This document shows positions 36,273-46,415 of a stretch of DNA of 49,906 nt, one piece after another. The position numbers were made by a program, and so were the translations under genes. Within the stretch, counting starts at the first letter, position 1, and each line of letters begins with the position of its first letter. The notes below the pieces were generated by a model. The model saw only the letters and a program-made list of their open reading frames with translations, ran no database searches and had not been told where the DNA came from. The DNA comes from an uncultured bacterium (GTDB lineage: Bacteria > Lernaellota > Lernaellaia > Lernaellales > Lernaellaceae): positions 1 to 49,906 of the forward strand of contig CAZHPN010000019.1 in NCBI GenBank assembly GCA_964534375.1. The letters are read 5' to 3'.

Positions 36273-37376
36273 ATGAAGAGCATCTTGTACATCGAAGACA
36301 ACGTGGAAAACAAACTGCTGGTGCGGCGGCTGTTGCAAGGCTCCGGGTACCAGGTCATCGAGGCCAACGACGGCCTCGACGGCATCGAGGTGGCGATCAA
36401 GCGCCGGCCGGATTTGATCATCATGGACATCAACTTGCCCGGCATGGACGGCTACGAAGCGACGACCAAAATCAAGGCGGTCGATGAACTGGCCAAGGTC
36501 CCCGTCGTCGCGCTTACCGCCTACGCGATGAAAGGCGACCGCGAGCGCTGCCTCGCGGCCGGCTGCGACGGCTATCTGCACAAGCCGATCGACCCCGACA
36601 CCTTTGTCGCCACGATCGAAGAGTTCCTGTACGGCCGCCGCGAGACCATCGCGCCGGACGAACAACTGCACTACCTGAAGAAATACAGCCAGCAGCTCGT
36701 CTCCCGCCTGGAAGAAAAGATTCGCGAACTGCTGCGCAAGAACGAAGAACTGGAGACCAAGAGCCGCGAGACCGAAGAGATCTACATCGGCATCATCGCC
36801 TCGCTGACCGTGGCGATCGAAGAGAAGCATCCGTCGACGGCCGGTCATTCGCAGCGCGTCACGCAATATGCCCTGGCGATCGGCGAAGCGATGGGACTCT
36901 CGAAGCGCGAACTCAAGGCGCTGCGGCGGGCGGCGATGCTGCACGACGTGGGCAAACTCGCCGTCGAGCTGTCGGCCATCGACAAGCCCGGCCGGCTGGG
37001 AGACGACGAGTGGACGACGATGCGCCGGCACCCGGACATCGGCGCGAAGATCCTCGAGCCCCTCAGTTTCCTGCAGCGCGAGATCGAGATCATCCGCAAC
37101 CACCACGAACGGCCGGACGGGCAGGGCTATCCGCGCGGCCTGTCGCAGGAACACCTCGATTTGCTCACGGGCATCCTCACCGTCGCCGACGCCTTCGACG
37201 CCATGACCAGCGCGCGGGCCTACAAACCGGCGATGGACGTCGAACAGGCCGTCGAGCATCTGCGGCGCGGCCGCAGCACGCAATTTCAGGCCGAAGTAGT
37301 CGACGCCTTCGTGAAGCTCCTGCGCAGCGGCGCGCTCGACGTCACGTTGAGCGCCGCCGGGCAGGCGGGCCATTGA
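36273..37376 (+). CDS. Response regulator with HD-GYP c-di-GMP phosphodiesterase domain
   Basis: REC (YIEDN, IMDINLPGMDG, LTA, KP); HSQRV, LHDVGK, HHERPDGQGYP, VADAFDAMTS. Confidence 0.93.
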   Translation: MKSILYIEDNVENKLLVRRLLQGSGYQVIEANDGLDGIEVAIKRRPDLIIMDINLPGMDGYEATTKIKAVDELAKVPVVALTAYAMKGDRERCLAAGCDGYLHKPIDPDTFVATIEEFLYGRRETIAPDEQLHYLKKYSQQLVSRLEEKIRELLRKNEELETKSRETEEIYIGIIASLTVAIEEKHPSTAGHSQRVTQYALAIGEAMGLSKRELKALRRAAMLHDVGKLAVELSAIDKPGRLGDDEWTTMRRHPDIGAKILEPLSFLQREIEIIRNHHERPDGQGYPRGLSQEHLDLLTGILTVADAFDAMTSARAYKPAMDVEQAVEHLRRGRSTQFQAEVVDAFVKLLRSGALDVTLSAAGQAGH

Positions 37377-37556
37377 CCGGTTTCGGAAGACTTCTACTGC
37401 AACAGGGCGTAGCCACCGGCGAATGATTGGCGGATCGGCTCCGCCTGCGGTCGGGCTCCGCCAGCGGTTTGACGTGCAACTTCGGCATCGGCACTGGGCC
37501 GGAAGCGCAACACTCGGATGCTGGTCGCGTTGTCCACACAGACGCGGCGAATTTTC

Positions 37557-37580
37557 TTGCAAATTCAGCTTGATTTGCAA
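37557..37580. promoter_or_regulatory. Palindromic operator-like site upstream of ftsB
   Basis: TTGCAAAT-N8-ATTTGCAA perfect inverted repeat in an AT-rich intergenic patch. Confidence 0.45.
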
Positions 37581-37633
37581 ACATAATTCAGGTAAAGAAT
37601 GAGGCAATTTTCAACGGGCGCCGGGTTGTTCGT

Positions 37634-37927
37634 ATGGTGCGCAAAGCGGTGATCTTCCTGACCGTTTTTGTGATCGGGGCCGCGGCTTATCTCGTCCTGA
37701 GCGAAAACGGTCTGTATCACGTGCAGCGGTTGCAGCGCGAGAAGGCTGCTTTGGAGCACCGCATTGCGCTGTTGCACCAGCAAAAATCGGATTACGAGGC
37801 CAAGATCGTCCATCTCACCAATGACGCGACCATCGTCGAACGCGAAATCCGCTCGCAACTCAAATACGTACGCGACGACGAAACCGTCTTTGTCGTTTCC
37901 GAGACTACGCCGACCGGGGCCCCTTAG
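37634..37927 (+). CDS. ftsB: Septum formation initiator FtsB/DivIC
   Basis: Short N-terminal TM, ENGL, leucine-zipper coiled coil, IVEREIRSQLKYVRDDETVF. Confidence 0.85.
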   Translation: MVRKAVIFLTVFVIGAAAYLVLSENGLYHVQRLQREKAALEHRIALLHQQKSDYEAKIVHLTNDATIVEREIRSQLKYVRDDETVFVVSETTPTGAP

Positions 37928-40059
37928 TGGGCCGGCTTGCCCTTCGCCTGCTTGCGGAACTCGCCCGCTTTTACACCACGATCATTTGCCTGGCGTATCT
38001 CGCGTTGGCCGCGCTCGGCCTGTTTTCCGCCGACCGCGTAATTCTGCGCGGCCCGACGCCGGGGATGATTGCGCTGTTCGGCTTGCTGCTCTTCCTGCTT
38101 GCCTGGCGGATCGCCGTGCTCGCGCTGGCCCCGCCGGGGAAGTCCCGCGCCGCCGACCGCGTCGAACTCGCGGTCGTGATCCAGGTCATCGTGATGATCG
38201 TGCTGCAGGTCACCGGCGGGCTCGACAGTCCCATTTTTCCGCTATTCTACCTCGGTTCCGCGATGATGGTGTACTTCCTCGATTTCTTGCCGAGCCTGGC
38301 GATTGCGCTCGCGGCGCTGATCGTCTTCGCCGTCAACGTCGGCTTGGAAGCGCGCTGGGCCGACCATTGGGCCCAGCTCTCCGCGGCCGTCGGTTTCGCC
38401 GTGGTGTTCAACCTGGCCATCGCCGCCTTCATCAAGGGTCCGCGGGAGCGCGCGCAACGGACGCAGACGACGCTCGACCGCCTGACCGCCGAGGCCGAAC
38501 GGGCCGCCCGCGAGCGCTCCACCGGCGCCTCGGCCCTCTCGCGCGACCGGCTGGCGCGCTCGGATCTGGGCGCGCTGCTGCAAGTCGATCGCGTGCTCGG
38601 CGATCTGGCCGATCTCGCGAAGCGCGCGTTGTCGGCCAGCGCGAGCGTGATCGCGATGGTCGGCGACGAGCCGGATTCGCTGGTCGTGCGCGCGGTCGCC
38701 GCCGACGAACAACCGCCGGCGAACTATCTCGGGGCCGAAGTCGGACAAACGGTGCTCGCCGAGGCGCTGGCCGCCGGCGGGACGATCCGCCTGGCGAAAC
38801 TCGACGGCGAATTGCGCGGCCGGCGCCGGCATCGCGATTGGGGGCAAAAGCCGAAGTCGCTGGCGGCGTCGCCGCTGGTCGAGGCCGACCGCATCATCGG
38901 CGTCATCGCGGCGGACAGCCAATACGAGGACCATTTCGGCCGCGAGGAGGAGCGGTTTCTGGCGATGATGGCCCGGCAGGCGGCGGCGGCGATCGCGCGG
39001 GAGCGCCTGTACCGCGACGTCTCGACCGAGCGGGCGGAGTTTGCGGCGTTTTACGACCTGATCAAGAAAATGGGCGCCTCGATCGAACTGGATACGGTCA
39101 GCCGGGTGATTCTGGAATCGGTGCAGGACGTGGTGGGCTACGATTACGGCGTGCTGGTGCGGGTCGATCTGGAATTGCGGCAGGGCGCGATCGAAGCGGT
39201 CGCCGGGCTGCCCGAGGAGACGTGGCGCGGCGCGACGATTTCGCTGCCGGACAGCCTCGTCGGCTGGGTGATCGGCTCGAAGACCTATCTGCATTACCCG
39301 GATTTGCGCGACCGCGCGCATCCGACCGAGCGCCGCCGGCCGGTGTTCAGCCGCGAACTCTCGATCAAGGATCTGGGCAGCCTGCTGTGCCTGCCGCTGG
39401 TTCGCCAGAATTTTGTGACGGGCCTGCTGGTGTTCGGCGCGACCGAGGCCAACGCGTTCACGAATTACGAGATCAAGATTCTCGAAGTGGTCGCCGTGCA
39501 GGCGGGGGTGAGTCTCGAAAATGCGCGCGTTCACGCCGAAATGGAGAAGCTGGCCGTATCCGACGGCCTGACCGGCTGCTTTAACCACCGCTACTTTCAG
39601 GATTGGCTCGAATCGGAAATTCAGCGCGCGGTGCGCATGCCGATCGCCATCAGCATGGTGCTGTGCGACATCGACCACTTCAAGAAATTCAACGACACGT
39701 ACGGCCATCCGCTCGGCGACCAGGTGCTGAAGACCGTCACCGGCGTATTTCGCGCCAACGTGCGCAAGAACGACCTCGCGGCGCGGTACGGCGGCGAGGA
39801 GTTCGCCCTGGTGCTGCTCAACAGCGATCGCCGCAGCGCGGTCAAATTCGCCGACCGCGTGCGGCAGGCCGTCGCCAAGACGAAAATCGACTTCGCCGGC
39901 GAAAAACTCGGCGTGACCGTAAGCATGGGCGTCGCGACGTTCCCCGACGACGCCCGGGAAAAGGCCGCGCTGATCGAACTTGCCGACAAGGCGCTGTACG
40001 CGGCGAAGCAAGGCGGCCGCAACCGGGTGGTGCATGCGCAGGAGTTGACGAGCGGGTGA
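37927..40059 (+). CDS. dmxA: Membrane diguanylate cyclase TM-GAF-GAF-GGDEF (DmxA-like architecture)
   Basis: N-terminal TMs (TGGLDSP), two GAFs, DGLTG, DIDHFK, I-site RKND, A-site GGEEF; GTG overlaps the ftsB stop by 1 nt. Orthology to dmxA is inferred. Confidence 0.85.
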   Translation: MGRLALRLLAELARFYTTIICLAYLALAALGLFSADRVILRGPTPGMIALFGLLLFLLAWRIAVLALAPPGKSRAADRVELAVVIQVIVMIVLQVTGGLDSPIFPLFYLGSAMMVYFLDFLPSLAIALAALIVFAVNVGLEARWADHWAQLSAAVGFAVVFNLAIAAFIKGPRERAQRTQTTLDRLTAEAERAARERSTGASALSRDRLARSDLGALLQVDRVLGDLADLAKRALSASASVIAMVGDEPDSLVVRAVAADEQPPANYLGAEVGQTVLAEALAAGGTIRLAKLDGELRGRRRHRDWGQKPKSLAASPLVEADRIIGVIAADSQYEDHFGREEERFLAMMARQAAAAIARERLYRDVSTERAEFAAFYDLIKKMGASIELDTVSRVILESVQDVVGYDYGVLVRVDLELRQGAIEAVAGLPEETWRGATISLPDSLVGWVIGSKTYLHYPDLRDRAHPTERRRPVFSRELSIKDLGSLLCLPLVRQNFVTGLLVFGATEANAFTNYEIKILEVVAVQAGVSLENARVHAEMEKLAVSDGLTGCFNHRYFQDWLESEIQRAVRMPIAISMVLCDIDHFKKFNDTYGHPLGDQVLKTVTGVFRANVRKNDLAARYGGEEFALVLLNSDRRSAVKFADRVRQAVAKTKIDFAGEKLGVTVSMGVATFPDDAREKAALIELADKALYAAKQGGRNRVVHAQELTSG

Positions 40060-40156
40060 TGCGGTTGCGGTTTTTCGGGTGCAAAAGCTTTCTTTACAAG
40101 ACCGGACGAGGATGTTAGCATCCGGCCGCTAACGGCGCTCCCTTTCGTAGGAGTTT

Positions 40157-41500
40157 GTGATGCCGAAAACTATTTGTTTTTCGCTGGCGCTCGGTTTGGC
40201 CTTGCTGGCCGCGGTGGCCGCCTACGCCAACCAACTCGATGAATTCGGTTTCAATGCGCGTTCGGTCGGCCTGGCCAACGCCTATTCGGCTTTGACCGAC
40301 GGGCCGGAGGCGACCTATTACAACCCGGGCGCGCTGATCGAATCGCGCGACGTCCGCGCCCTGGCGGGGTATTCGTTTTCCGTGCCCGCGCTGTCGTTGA
40401 ATCAGAGCGGGAACGCCAACGGCACGTCGCCCGAAGTGAAGGAAGCGCGCACGCCGCCGCCGGGGCAGTGGATCTCGACCGGCGTGTCGGGCGGCATTTT
40501 CGATCGCGTCTTTTTCGGCCTTGGCATGCAAATTCCGATCGACGGCAACAACCGCCGGAAAATCTTCACCCCGGACCAACCGTATTTTTTGAATTACGAC
40601 ACCGGCATCTTCGGCATGACGATTCTGCCGTCCGTGGCCGTGCAATTGGCGCCCAATTTCGGTCTGGGCGCCTCCGCCCGCATAACGCTCGACGGACTGG
40701 GCACGTTGAACACCGAGTTGTCGTCGGCGACGGGCGACTCGCACGCCGAGACGATGTCGCAGAGCCAGATCACGGGGCAGGCGGCGCCGATCTTCGGCTT
40801 CTACGCGCGCGCCTTCGAGTTCTTGCGATTTGCGCTGACCTATAAAGGCGCCAGCTACTCGTACTTTCACAAGACCGAAACGCAGCAAGTCGTGCCCGGC
40901 AATCCGAGCGGCTACGTCGACGTCACGTACGCGGCCCGTTACAATTACATCCCGCGCGAGGTGACCTTCGGCGTCGTCGGCGAGCCCGACGAACACGTGT
41001 TGTTGACCGCCGAGCTGGACTGGGTCGGCTGGTCGAGCTATCGGCCGCCGTTCGCCAACGTGCAAATGAACTTCTCGCGCTTGGCCGCGGCGAAAATCCC
41101 CTACACGGCGCCGACCATCTACGAGCCGCAAAACGCCAATTTCAAGGACACGATCGTGCTGCGATTCGGCGTCGAACCTCGCGTCAACAAGTATCTGGTC
41201 TTCCGCGTCGGCTACGCCTTCGAGCCGTCGCCGGCCCCGACGCAGGACGGCACAACGACCATCATCGCGCCGCCGGCCAGCGACATCTCGCTGGGCGTGG
41301 GCGCGAACTTCGCCGGCCCGAAAGGCGATCTGGTCAACATCGACATCGGCATCACCGATCAAATCGGCAGCAGCATGACGATCGGCAAAAACCCGGCCAA
41401 GATGGTCGACGTCAACCCGACGCTGAACCCGGCGTATCAAAGCCTGTCCGTGCAGGCGCAGTACATTTATTCGTCGCTGACCGCCACGTTCCATTTCTAA
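40157..41500 (+). CDS. fadL: FadL/TodX-family outer-membrane transporter
   Basis: AGGAG RBS, signal peptide, ARSVGLANA...ATYYNPG plug motif, beta-strand pattern, RVGYAF, terminal Phe. Confidence 0.82.
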   Translation: MMPKTICFSLALGLALLAAVAAYANQLDEFGFNARSVGLANAYSALTDGPEATYYNPGALIESRDVRALAGYSFSVPALSLNQSGNANGTSPEVKEARTPPPGQWISTGVSGGIFDRVFFGLGMQIPIDGNNRRKIFTPDQPYFLNYDTGIFGMTILPSVAVQLAPNFGLGASARITLDGLGTLNTELSSATGDSHAETMSQSQITGQAAPIFGFYARAFEFLRFALTYKGASYSYFHKTETQQVVPGNPSGYVDVTYAARYNYIPREVTFGVVGEPDEHVLLTAELDWVGWSSYRPPFANVQMNFSRLAAAKIPYTAPTIYEPQNANFKDTIVLRFGVEPRVNKYLVFRVGYAFEPSPAPTQDGTTTIIAPPASDISLGVGANFAGPKGDLVNIDIGITDQIGSSMTIGKNPAKMVDVNPTLNPAYQSLSVQAQYIYSSLTATFHF

Positions 41501-41508
41501 GCGCGCGA

Positions 41509-42342
41509 ATGCTGCCTTCGCTCGACCCGGCCTGGCTGTTGCTGGCCGGCCACCTGATTCATGCCGAAGACAACCCGCTCCGGAAAAAACTGCTCTATTT
41601 GCTGGCGCGCCGGCTCGAAATGCCGTTTCTGCGCTTCAGCTACCGCGCCCTGCGCGGCCGGCTGCGCTTTCTCACGAGAAACCGCGTCTCGCGCGAACTG
41701 CTGCGCCGTCTGGCGGTGCTGCCGTTGGCCCGCTACGGCGACACGGCGCACCCGATGATCACCGCCGATGCGCTGCGGCTCGTCGCCGCTCAGGACACGG
41801 CCATCGCCATTGGGCCGTGCCGCTGCCGCCTGGCGCACGACGGCTGCGCGCATCGCCTCGAAACCGACATGGTGATTCGCACGGGCACGGGCGCGTTCAC
41901 CGCCGCCTTCCCGCAGGATTACCGAGTCATCGGCAAGGGCGAGGCCGCGAAGCTGCTGCGCGCGTTCGCCGACGAAGGTCTCTGGCACATGGTGTTTCTG
42001 CATTGCCCCGACGCCGCGGGCTACAACGAATATGCCATCTGCAATTGCTGCACCTGCGGCTGCGTGCCGTTCATGCTCAACAAGTTCTTCGGCCAGAACG
42101 GCTTTCCGCTCGTGCGCGGCGAACACGTCGCTGCGACGGTCGCCGAAAACTGCCGCGGCTGCGGCGGTTGCCTCGAGGTCTGCCCCTGGCAGGCGCGCGC
42201 GTTGCGCAACGGGAAGGTCGCCGTCGATCCGGAACTCTGCTTCGGGTGCGGCCTGTGCGCGCGTTTTTGCCGGAACGGGGGCGTCGTCTTGAACCGCTCG
42301 CGCCCGCGGCCGGCGCTGCGTTCGGATCGGCAGACCGCGTGA
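41509..42342 (+). CDS. 4Fe-4S dicluster ferredoxin-domain protein with extra Cys-rich domain
   Basis: CRGCGGCLEVCP and CFGCGLCARFC; also CRCR and ICNCCTCGC. Confidence 0.88.
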   Translation: MLPSLDPAWLLLAGHLIHAEDNPLRKKLLYLLARRLEMPFLRFSYRALRGRLRFLTRNRVSRELLRRLAVLPLARYGDTAHPMITADALRLVAAQDTAIAIGPCRCRLAHDGCAHRLETDMVIRTGTGAFTAAFPQDYRVIGKGEAAKLLRAFADEGLWHMVFLHCPDAAGYNEYAICNCCTCGCVPFMLNKFFGQNGFPLVRGEHVAATVAENCRGCGGCLEVCPWQARALRNGKVAVDPELCFGCGLCARFCRNGGVVLNRSRPRPALRSDRQTA

Positions 42343-43295
42343 TGCGTCCGCCCAATTTGCCGAATCCGGGCCGGCCATTCGACGCCGTGAGCTTCGGTTA
42401 CAACTCCGTCGACTATCTCTGCCTGCTCGCGGCCCATCCGCCGGCCGACGCCAAGGTTCCCATGGAGGCGTTCGCCCGGCAGGGCGGCGGCCAGGCGGCG
42501 ACCGCCGCCGCGACGCTCGCGCGACTGGGCTGGAAAACGCGCTACCTCGGCAAATTCGGCGACGGCGACGAAGGGCGGTTCGCCCGCGAAAGCCTCGTCG
42601 CGGAAGGCGTGGACGTCGCCGCCTGCCGGATCGCGTCCGGCGTGCGGAATCAGACGGCGGTGATCTGGGCGGCGCGGCGCGAAGCCGCGCGGACGGTCGC
42701 GTATCTGCGCGAGCCGGGGCTTGAAATCGCGCCCGGCGAGATCGCCGTCGAGCACGCCGTCGCCGGCGCCGTGTTGTTGCTCGACGGCCACCATCTGCCG
42801 ATTTCGGTGGAATTCGCGCACGCGGCGCGGCAAGCGGGCATCCCCGTGCTGTTGGACGCGGGCAAGCCGGCGCCGGGCATGGCCGAGCTTTTGGAGCTCA
42901 CGGACTACGTCTTGTGCGACGAGCGATTCGCGCCGGCGTACACCGGCGAAAGCGACCAGCGGCGGGCGCTGGCGGCGATCGCGGCGCGCCATCGGACGCC
43001 GTTTGTGGCCGCGACGCTGGGCCCGCGCGGATCGCTGGCGCTGGTCGGCGGGCGCTTTGTCGAAACGCCGGCCTTCGCCGTCGACGTGACGGACACGACC
43101 GGCGCGGGCGACGTCTGGCACGGCGCGTTCGCCGCGGGCCTGCTGCGCGGCTTCGACGGCGAAGAAATCCTGCGCTATGCGGCGGGCGCGGCGGCGCTGA
43201 AATGCCGCTCGCTCGGCGGCCGCGCCGGCATCCCGACGCCGGCCGAGCTCGAAGATTTCCTGCGCCACGCGGTCCCGCACGTCGAGGCGAATTGA
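42342..43295 (+). CDS. PfkB/ribokinase-family carbohydrate kinase
   Basis: GGGQAATAA, TLGPRG, DTTGAGD signature; TGATG overlap with the upstream gene. Confidence 0.9.
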   Translation: MRPPNLPNPGRPFDAVSFGYNSVDYLCLLAAHPPADAKVPMEAFARQGGGQAATAAATLARLGWKTRYLGKFGDGDEGRFARESLVAEGVDVAACRIASGVRNQTAVIWAARREAARTVAYLREPGLEIAPGEIAVEHAVAGAVLLLDGHHLPISVEFAHAARQAGIPVLLDAGKPAPGMAELLELTDYVLCDERFAPAYTGESDQRRALAAIAARHRTPFVAATLGPRGSLALVGGRFVETPAFAVDVTDTTGAGDVWHGAFAAGLLRGFDGEEILRYAAGAAALKCRSLGGRAGIPTPAELEDFLRHAVPHVEAN

Positions 43296-43297
43296 CC

Positions 43298-44626
43298 ATG
43301 CCCGACATCTGCTTCGCCACGCTCGGCTGCAAGGTCAACCAGGTCGATACGGCCTGGCTGGCGGAGTCGTTCGCCGCCGGCGGCTGGCGCGTCGTCGCCT
43401 GGCCGGGGCCGGCCGACGCCTGCGTGATCAACACCTGCGCCGTCACGGCGCGGGCCGACCGGCAATCGCGGCAAATGGTCAAGCGCGCGCGGCGGCTCAA
43501 TCCGCGCGCCCGGGTCGTCGTCGCCGGCTGCGGCCCGCTGCTCGCCGGCGCGACGCCGTTCGCCGAGGCCGACCTCGTCGTCGGCAACCTGGAAAAAGAC
43601 GAACTGTTGCGCCTGCTCGCGGCAATCGCGCCGGACCGCCCGCGGGCGCGCATCGGCGACATGGCCGAAAGCCGCGTCGTGCAGGCGGGCGGCGGGTACG
43701 AGCGGCAGGGGCGGACGCGCGCGTTTCTCAAAGTGCAGGACGGTTGCCCCGCGGCGTGCACGTATTGCATCGTGCCGCGGGTGCGCGGGCCGAGCCGCAG
43801 CGTGCCGTTCGAGGTCGCGGTGGCGGCGGCGCGGCGGCTGGCCGAACTTGACCATCGGGAGATCGTGCTGACCGGCATCCACCTCGGGATGTACGGCCGC
43901 GACCTGACGCCGCCGGGAAGCCTCGCGTCGCTGGGCGCGGCGATCTTGGCCGAGACGCCGTTGCCGCGCCTGCGGCTGTCGTCCATCGAGCCGAACGAGG
44001 CGACGCCGCCGTTGATCGACCTGCTGGCCGCCAACGACCGCTTCTGCCGCCATCTGCACCTGCCGTTGCAAAGCGGCAGCGATCGCATCTTGCGCGCGAT
44101 GAATCGCCCCTACGATGTCGCGTATTACGAGCGCGCGGCCGGCGAATTGCGCGCGCGGCTGCCCGACCTCACGTTGGGCGCCGACGTCATCGTCGGCTTT
44201 CCGGGAGAGGACGCCGCCGCGTTCGCCGAGACGCTGGCGACGCTCGAACGCCTGCGTTTGCCGCATCTGCACGTGTTTCCTTACTCGGATCGGCCGGGCG
44301 CGCCGGCGACGCGGCTGCCGGGGAAGATCGCGCGGGGCGAGGCGCTGGCTCGCGCGGCGACGGTGCGCGAACTCGGCCGGCGGCATCGGCTCGAACATTT
44401 GCGCCGGCAGGTCGGCGGGCGGCTGCGCGTGCTGATCGAACGCGTCGACGGCGAGCGCGGCTTCGGCCTCAGCCGCAATTATCTGCCCGTGCGCGTCGCC
44501 GGCGCCGCCGCCGTCGGCGTCGAAGTCGTCGCGGAGATTTCCGCCGTTGAGGAAGACGAACCGGCGTTGCTCGGCCGCGCGCTGGAGCACGAAGATAGCC
44601 TTGCCGGCGGTTTCCATCGCCGGTAA
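43298..44626 (+). CDS. mtaB: tRNA t6A37 methylthiotransferase MtaB (MiaB-like radical SAM)
   Basis: TLGCKVNQ, INTCAVT, KVQDGCxxxCxYC, LTGIHLG, SSIEP, LQSG, HVFPYS. Confidence 0.9.
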   Translation: MPDICFATLGCKVNQVDTAWLAESFAAGGWRVVAWPGPADACVINTCAVTARADRQSRQMVKRARRLNPRARVVVAGCGPLLAGATPFAEADLVVGNLEKDELLRLLAAIAPDRPRARIGDMAESRVVQAGGGYERQGRTRAFLKVQDGCPAACTYCIVPRVRGPSRSVPFEVAVAAARRLAELDHREIVLTGIHLGMYGRDLTPPGSLASLGAAILAETPLPRLRLSSIEPNEATPPLIDLLAANDRFCRHLHLPLQSGSDRILRAMNRPYDVAYYERAAGELRARLPDLTLGADVIVGFPGEDAAAFAETLATLERLRLPHLHVFPYSDRPGAPATRLPGKIARGEALARAATVRELGRRHRLEHLRRQVGGRLRVLIERVDGERGFGLSRNYLPVRVAGAAAVGVEVVAEISAVEEDEPALLGRALEHEDSLAGGFHRR

Positions 44627-44643
44627 CAAAACCGTTCGGCCCG

Positions 44644-46248
44644 TTACCTGCCTTCGGTCGCGATTTCGGCAAGCCAACCCGCCAGCCGATCCGTCATTTC
44701 GCGCGGGACCGGCACGGCTGCGAGCACCTTTGCCGCCGAGCCGTCGGCGAGCGCCAAGGCCTGTCGCAGCGGCGGTTTCGGATCGTCGCCGCGCGCGGCC
44801 CTGGCGAGAGCGACCGTCGCCCAGGCGCCGCTGAACGGCCCGCCGGTCATGGCGGTCAGCGCCCATTTTTCCGCTTGTTCGGCATAGGCGGCATTCATCG
44901 TCAGCAGCAGGCAGGCGGAGTTGACGTAGCCGCTCCAATTGATGGCAGGGTGCTCGGCGAGCACCGCGTCGAACGACGGCGCCGCGCCCGTCCACGAATT
45001 GTTGACGTGCAGCGCGCCGTGACGCACGAGCGCCTCGAACATCGTGGCGCCGGCGAGGTACTGGCCGCGGATCGTCGGGTGGCAACTGTCGACAAAGAGA
45101 TTGAAGCCGACGAAGCGGTTGGGATCCTGCCGCTCGAACAGGTCGACCAGGTCGAGCAGCAGCGCGCCGTGCTCGCGGGCGATCTGGCGAACATCGTCAT
45201 TGAACGTCGGCCGGGCTCGCACCGCGTCGAAATCGTTCTCGGCGGCCTCGTGGTACAGCGCATAGGCCCGCGCCGGCGATCCGCAAACCTGCTCGTATTT
45301 GCCGCTCAGGAAGGCGAACTGGGCGTGGCCGACGAAGTCGCCGCGATAGGCGTCGAGGATGCGCGCCGCGCCGGGGCAATCGCCTTGGCGCAGGGCCCGG
45401 CGCAACGGGTCGACATCGGCGTCCCATTGCCGCAGGAAAGGCGCCGGCGCGCTGTTGCCGGGGACCGAACTCAGCGGCTCCCAATCGGCGTAATTCGCCG
45501 GCACGGTGCACAGCACCAGCGTCACGCCGCGCTGGCGCGCCAGGTCGGCGAGTTGCGTCAGCCGGTTCCGATAGTTGTCGCGCGCGGCGGGCAGGACGTC
45601 GCGCAATCGCAACGGCGCATCGCCGGGCCCCGGTCCGCGGTACGGTGCGAGACGTTCGTCGAGCCAGGCGAAGAGCGGCGAGCGGCGGCGAAGGAAGTCG
45701 GCCGCGATCCGCCGACGCGGTTGTTTGTCGCGCGGCCGGATGACTTCGTTGTTGCTGGCCAGAAATTCGTTGTTCCCGGAATAGACGATCCAGATATCGG
45801 GCTCATAGGCCAGCGACGCCTCGGCCTTGCGCACGACATCGTTCACCGGTTGCGCCGGGGCGCCCGTGTTCAAGATTTCCACCCGATCCGCAAGGCGGCG
45901 TTCGGCCAACTCCGCGAACCAGCGCGAGAAGGAGCCGCCGAAGGCAAAGGGCACGCCGTACGTCGCCGAGCCGCCGAAGGTGAAGACGCGGATTGTTCCG
46001 GAAGGCTTGCGGCGGGGAGCGCGCGAGGGTGCGCCGGCGCGGTTGACGGCCAGCGAAAAGCAGCGCGCGCGGGGCCCGCCGCCGGCGTCGGTCAGCAGGG
46101 CCAGCGGGTTGCCGAAATCGAGCCGCCAGGCGATCGCGCGGTCGGCGAGAAACACGAGCGCGCCTGCGAGGCAGAGCGCGGCGAGGGAGAAGGCGAGCCG
46201 CCGGGACGGCGGCAAGGGCATCGAGAACCGCTGCGAGCCGCCGCGCAT
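44644..46248 (-). CDS. Membrane-anchored SGNH hydrolase with helical (TPR-like) insertion and C-terminus
   Basis: GGAGG RBS; N-terminal TM; FGGSATYG, YSGNNEF, DSCHPT. Confidence 0.82.
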   Translation of the reverse strand: MRGGSQRFSMPLPPSRRLAFSLAALCLAGALVFLADRAIAWRLDFGNPLALLTDAGGGPRARCFSLAVNRAGAPSRAPRRKPSGTIRVFTFGGSATYGVPFAFGGSFSRWFAELAERRLADRVEILNTGAPAQPVNDVVRKAEASLAYEPDIWIVYSGNNEFLASNNEVIRPRDKQPRRRIAADFLRRRSPLFAWLDERLAPYRGPGPGDAPLRLRDVLPAARDNYRNRLTQLADLARQRGVTLVLCTVPANYADWEPLSSVPGNSAPAPFLRQWDADVDPLRRALRQGDCPGAARILDAYRGDFVGHAQFAFLSGKYEQVCGSPARAYALYHEAAENDFDAVRARPTFNDDVRQIAREHGALLLDLVDLFERQDPNRFVGFNLFVDSCHPTIRGQYLAGATMFEALVRHGALHVNNSWTGAAPSFDAVLAEHPAINWSGYVNSACLLLTMNAAYAEQAEKWALTAMTGGPFSGAWATVALARAARGDDPKPPLRQALALADGSAAKVLAAVPVPREMTDRLAGWLAEIATEGR

Positions 46249-46415
46249 TGAGTCGCCTCCAGAATAGCCTCGTCCGCCGAACCGCGGCGCCCAAGACGAT
46301 AGCCGGATTCGCTGGCGTCGGCAATCGACCGTTTGTTTTCGCGCCGCGTCGATGATATTTTCGCCGACACCGCATTTTCAGGCGCCGTTTTTCGGCGAAC
46401 GGAAACAGGCAAGCC

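Noticed and set aside
34182..37607. 1141-aa minus-strand ORF, and similar long antisense ORFs at 24164-26521, 10035-12029 and 43175-45085
   Set aside because: Shadow frames of well-supported genes in high-GC DNA; no recognisable motifs.
41817..43297. Long N-terminal extensions of the PfkB kinase and MtaB ORFs
   Set aside because: They overlap upstream genes in other frames; coupled starts at 42342 and 43298 match where homology begins.
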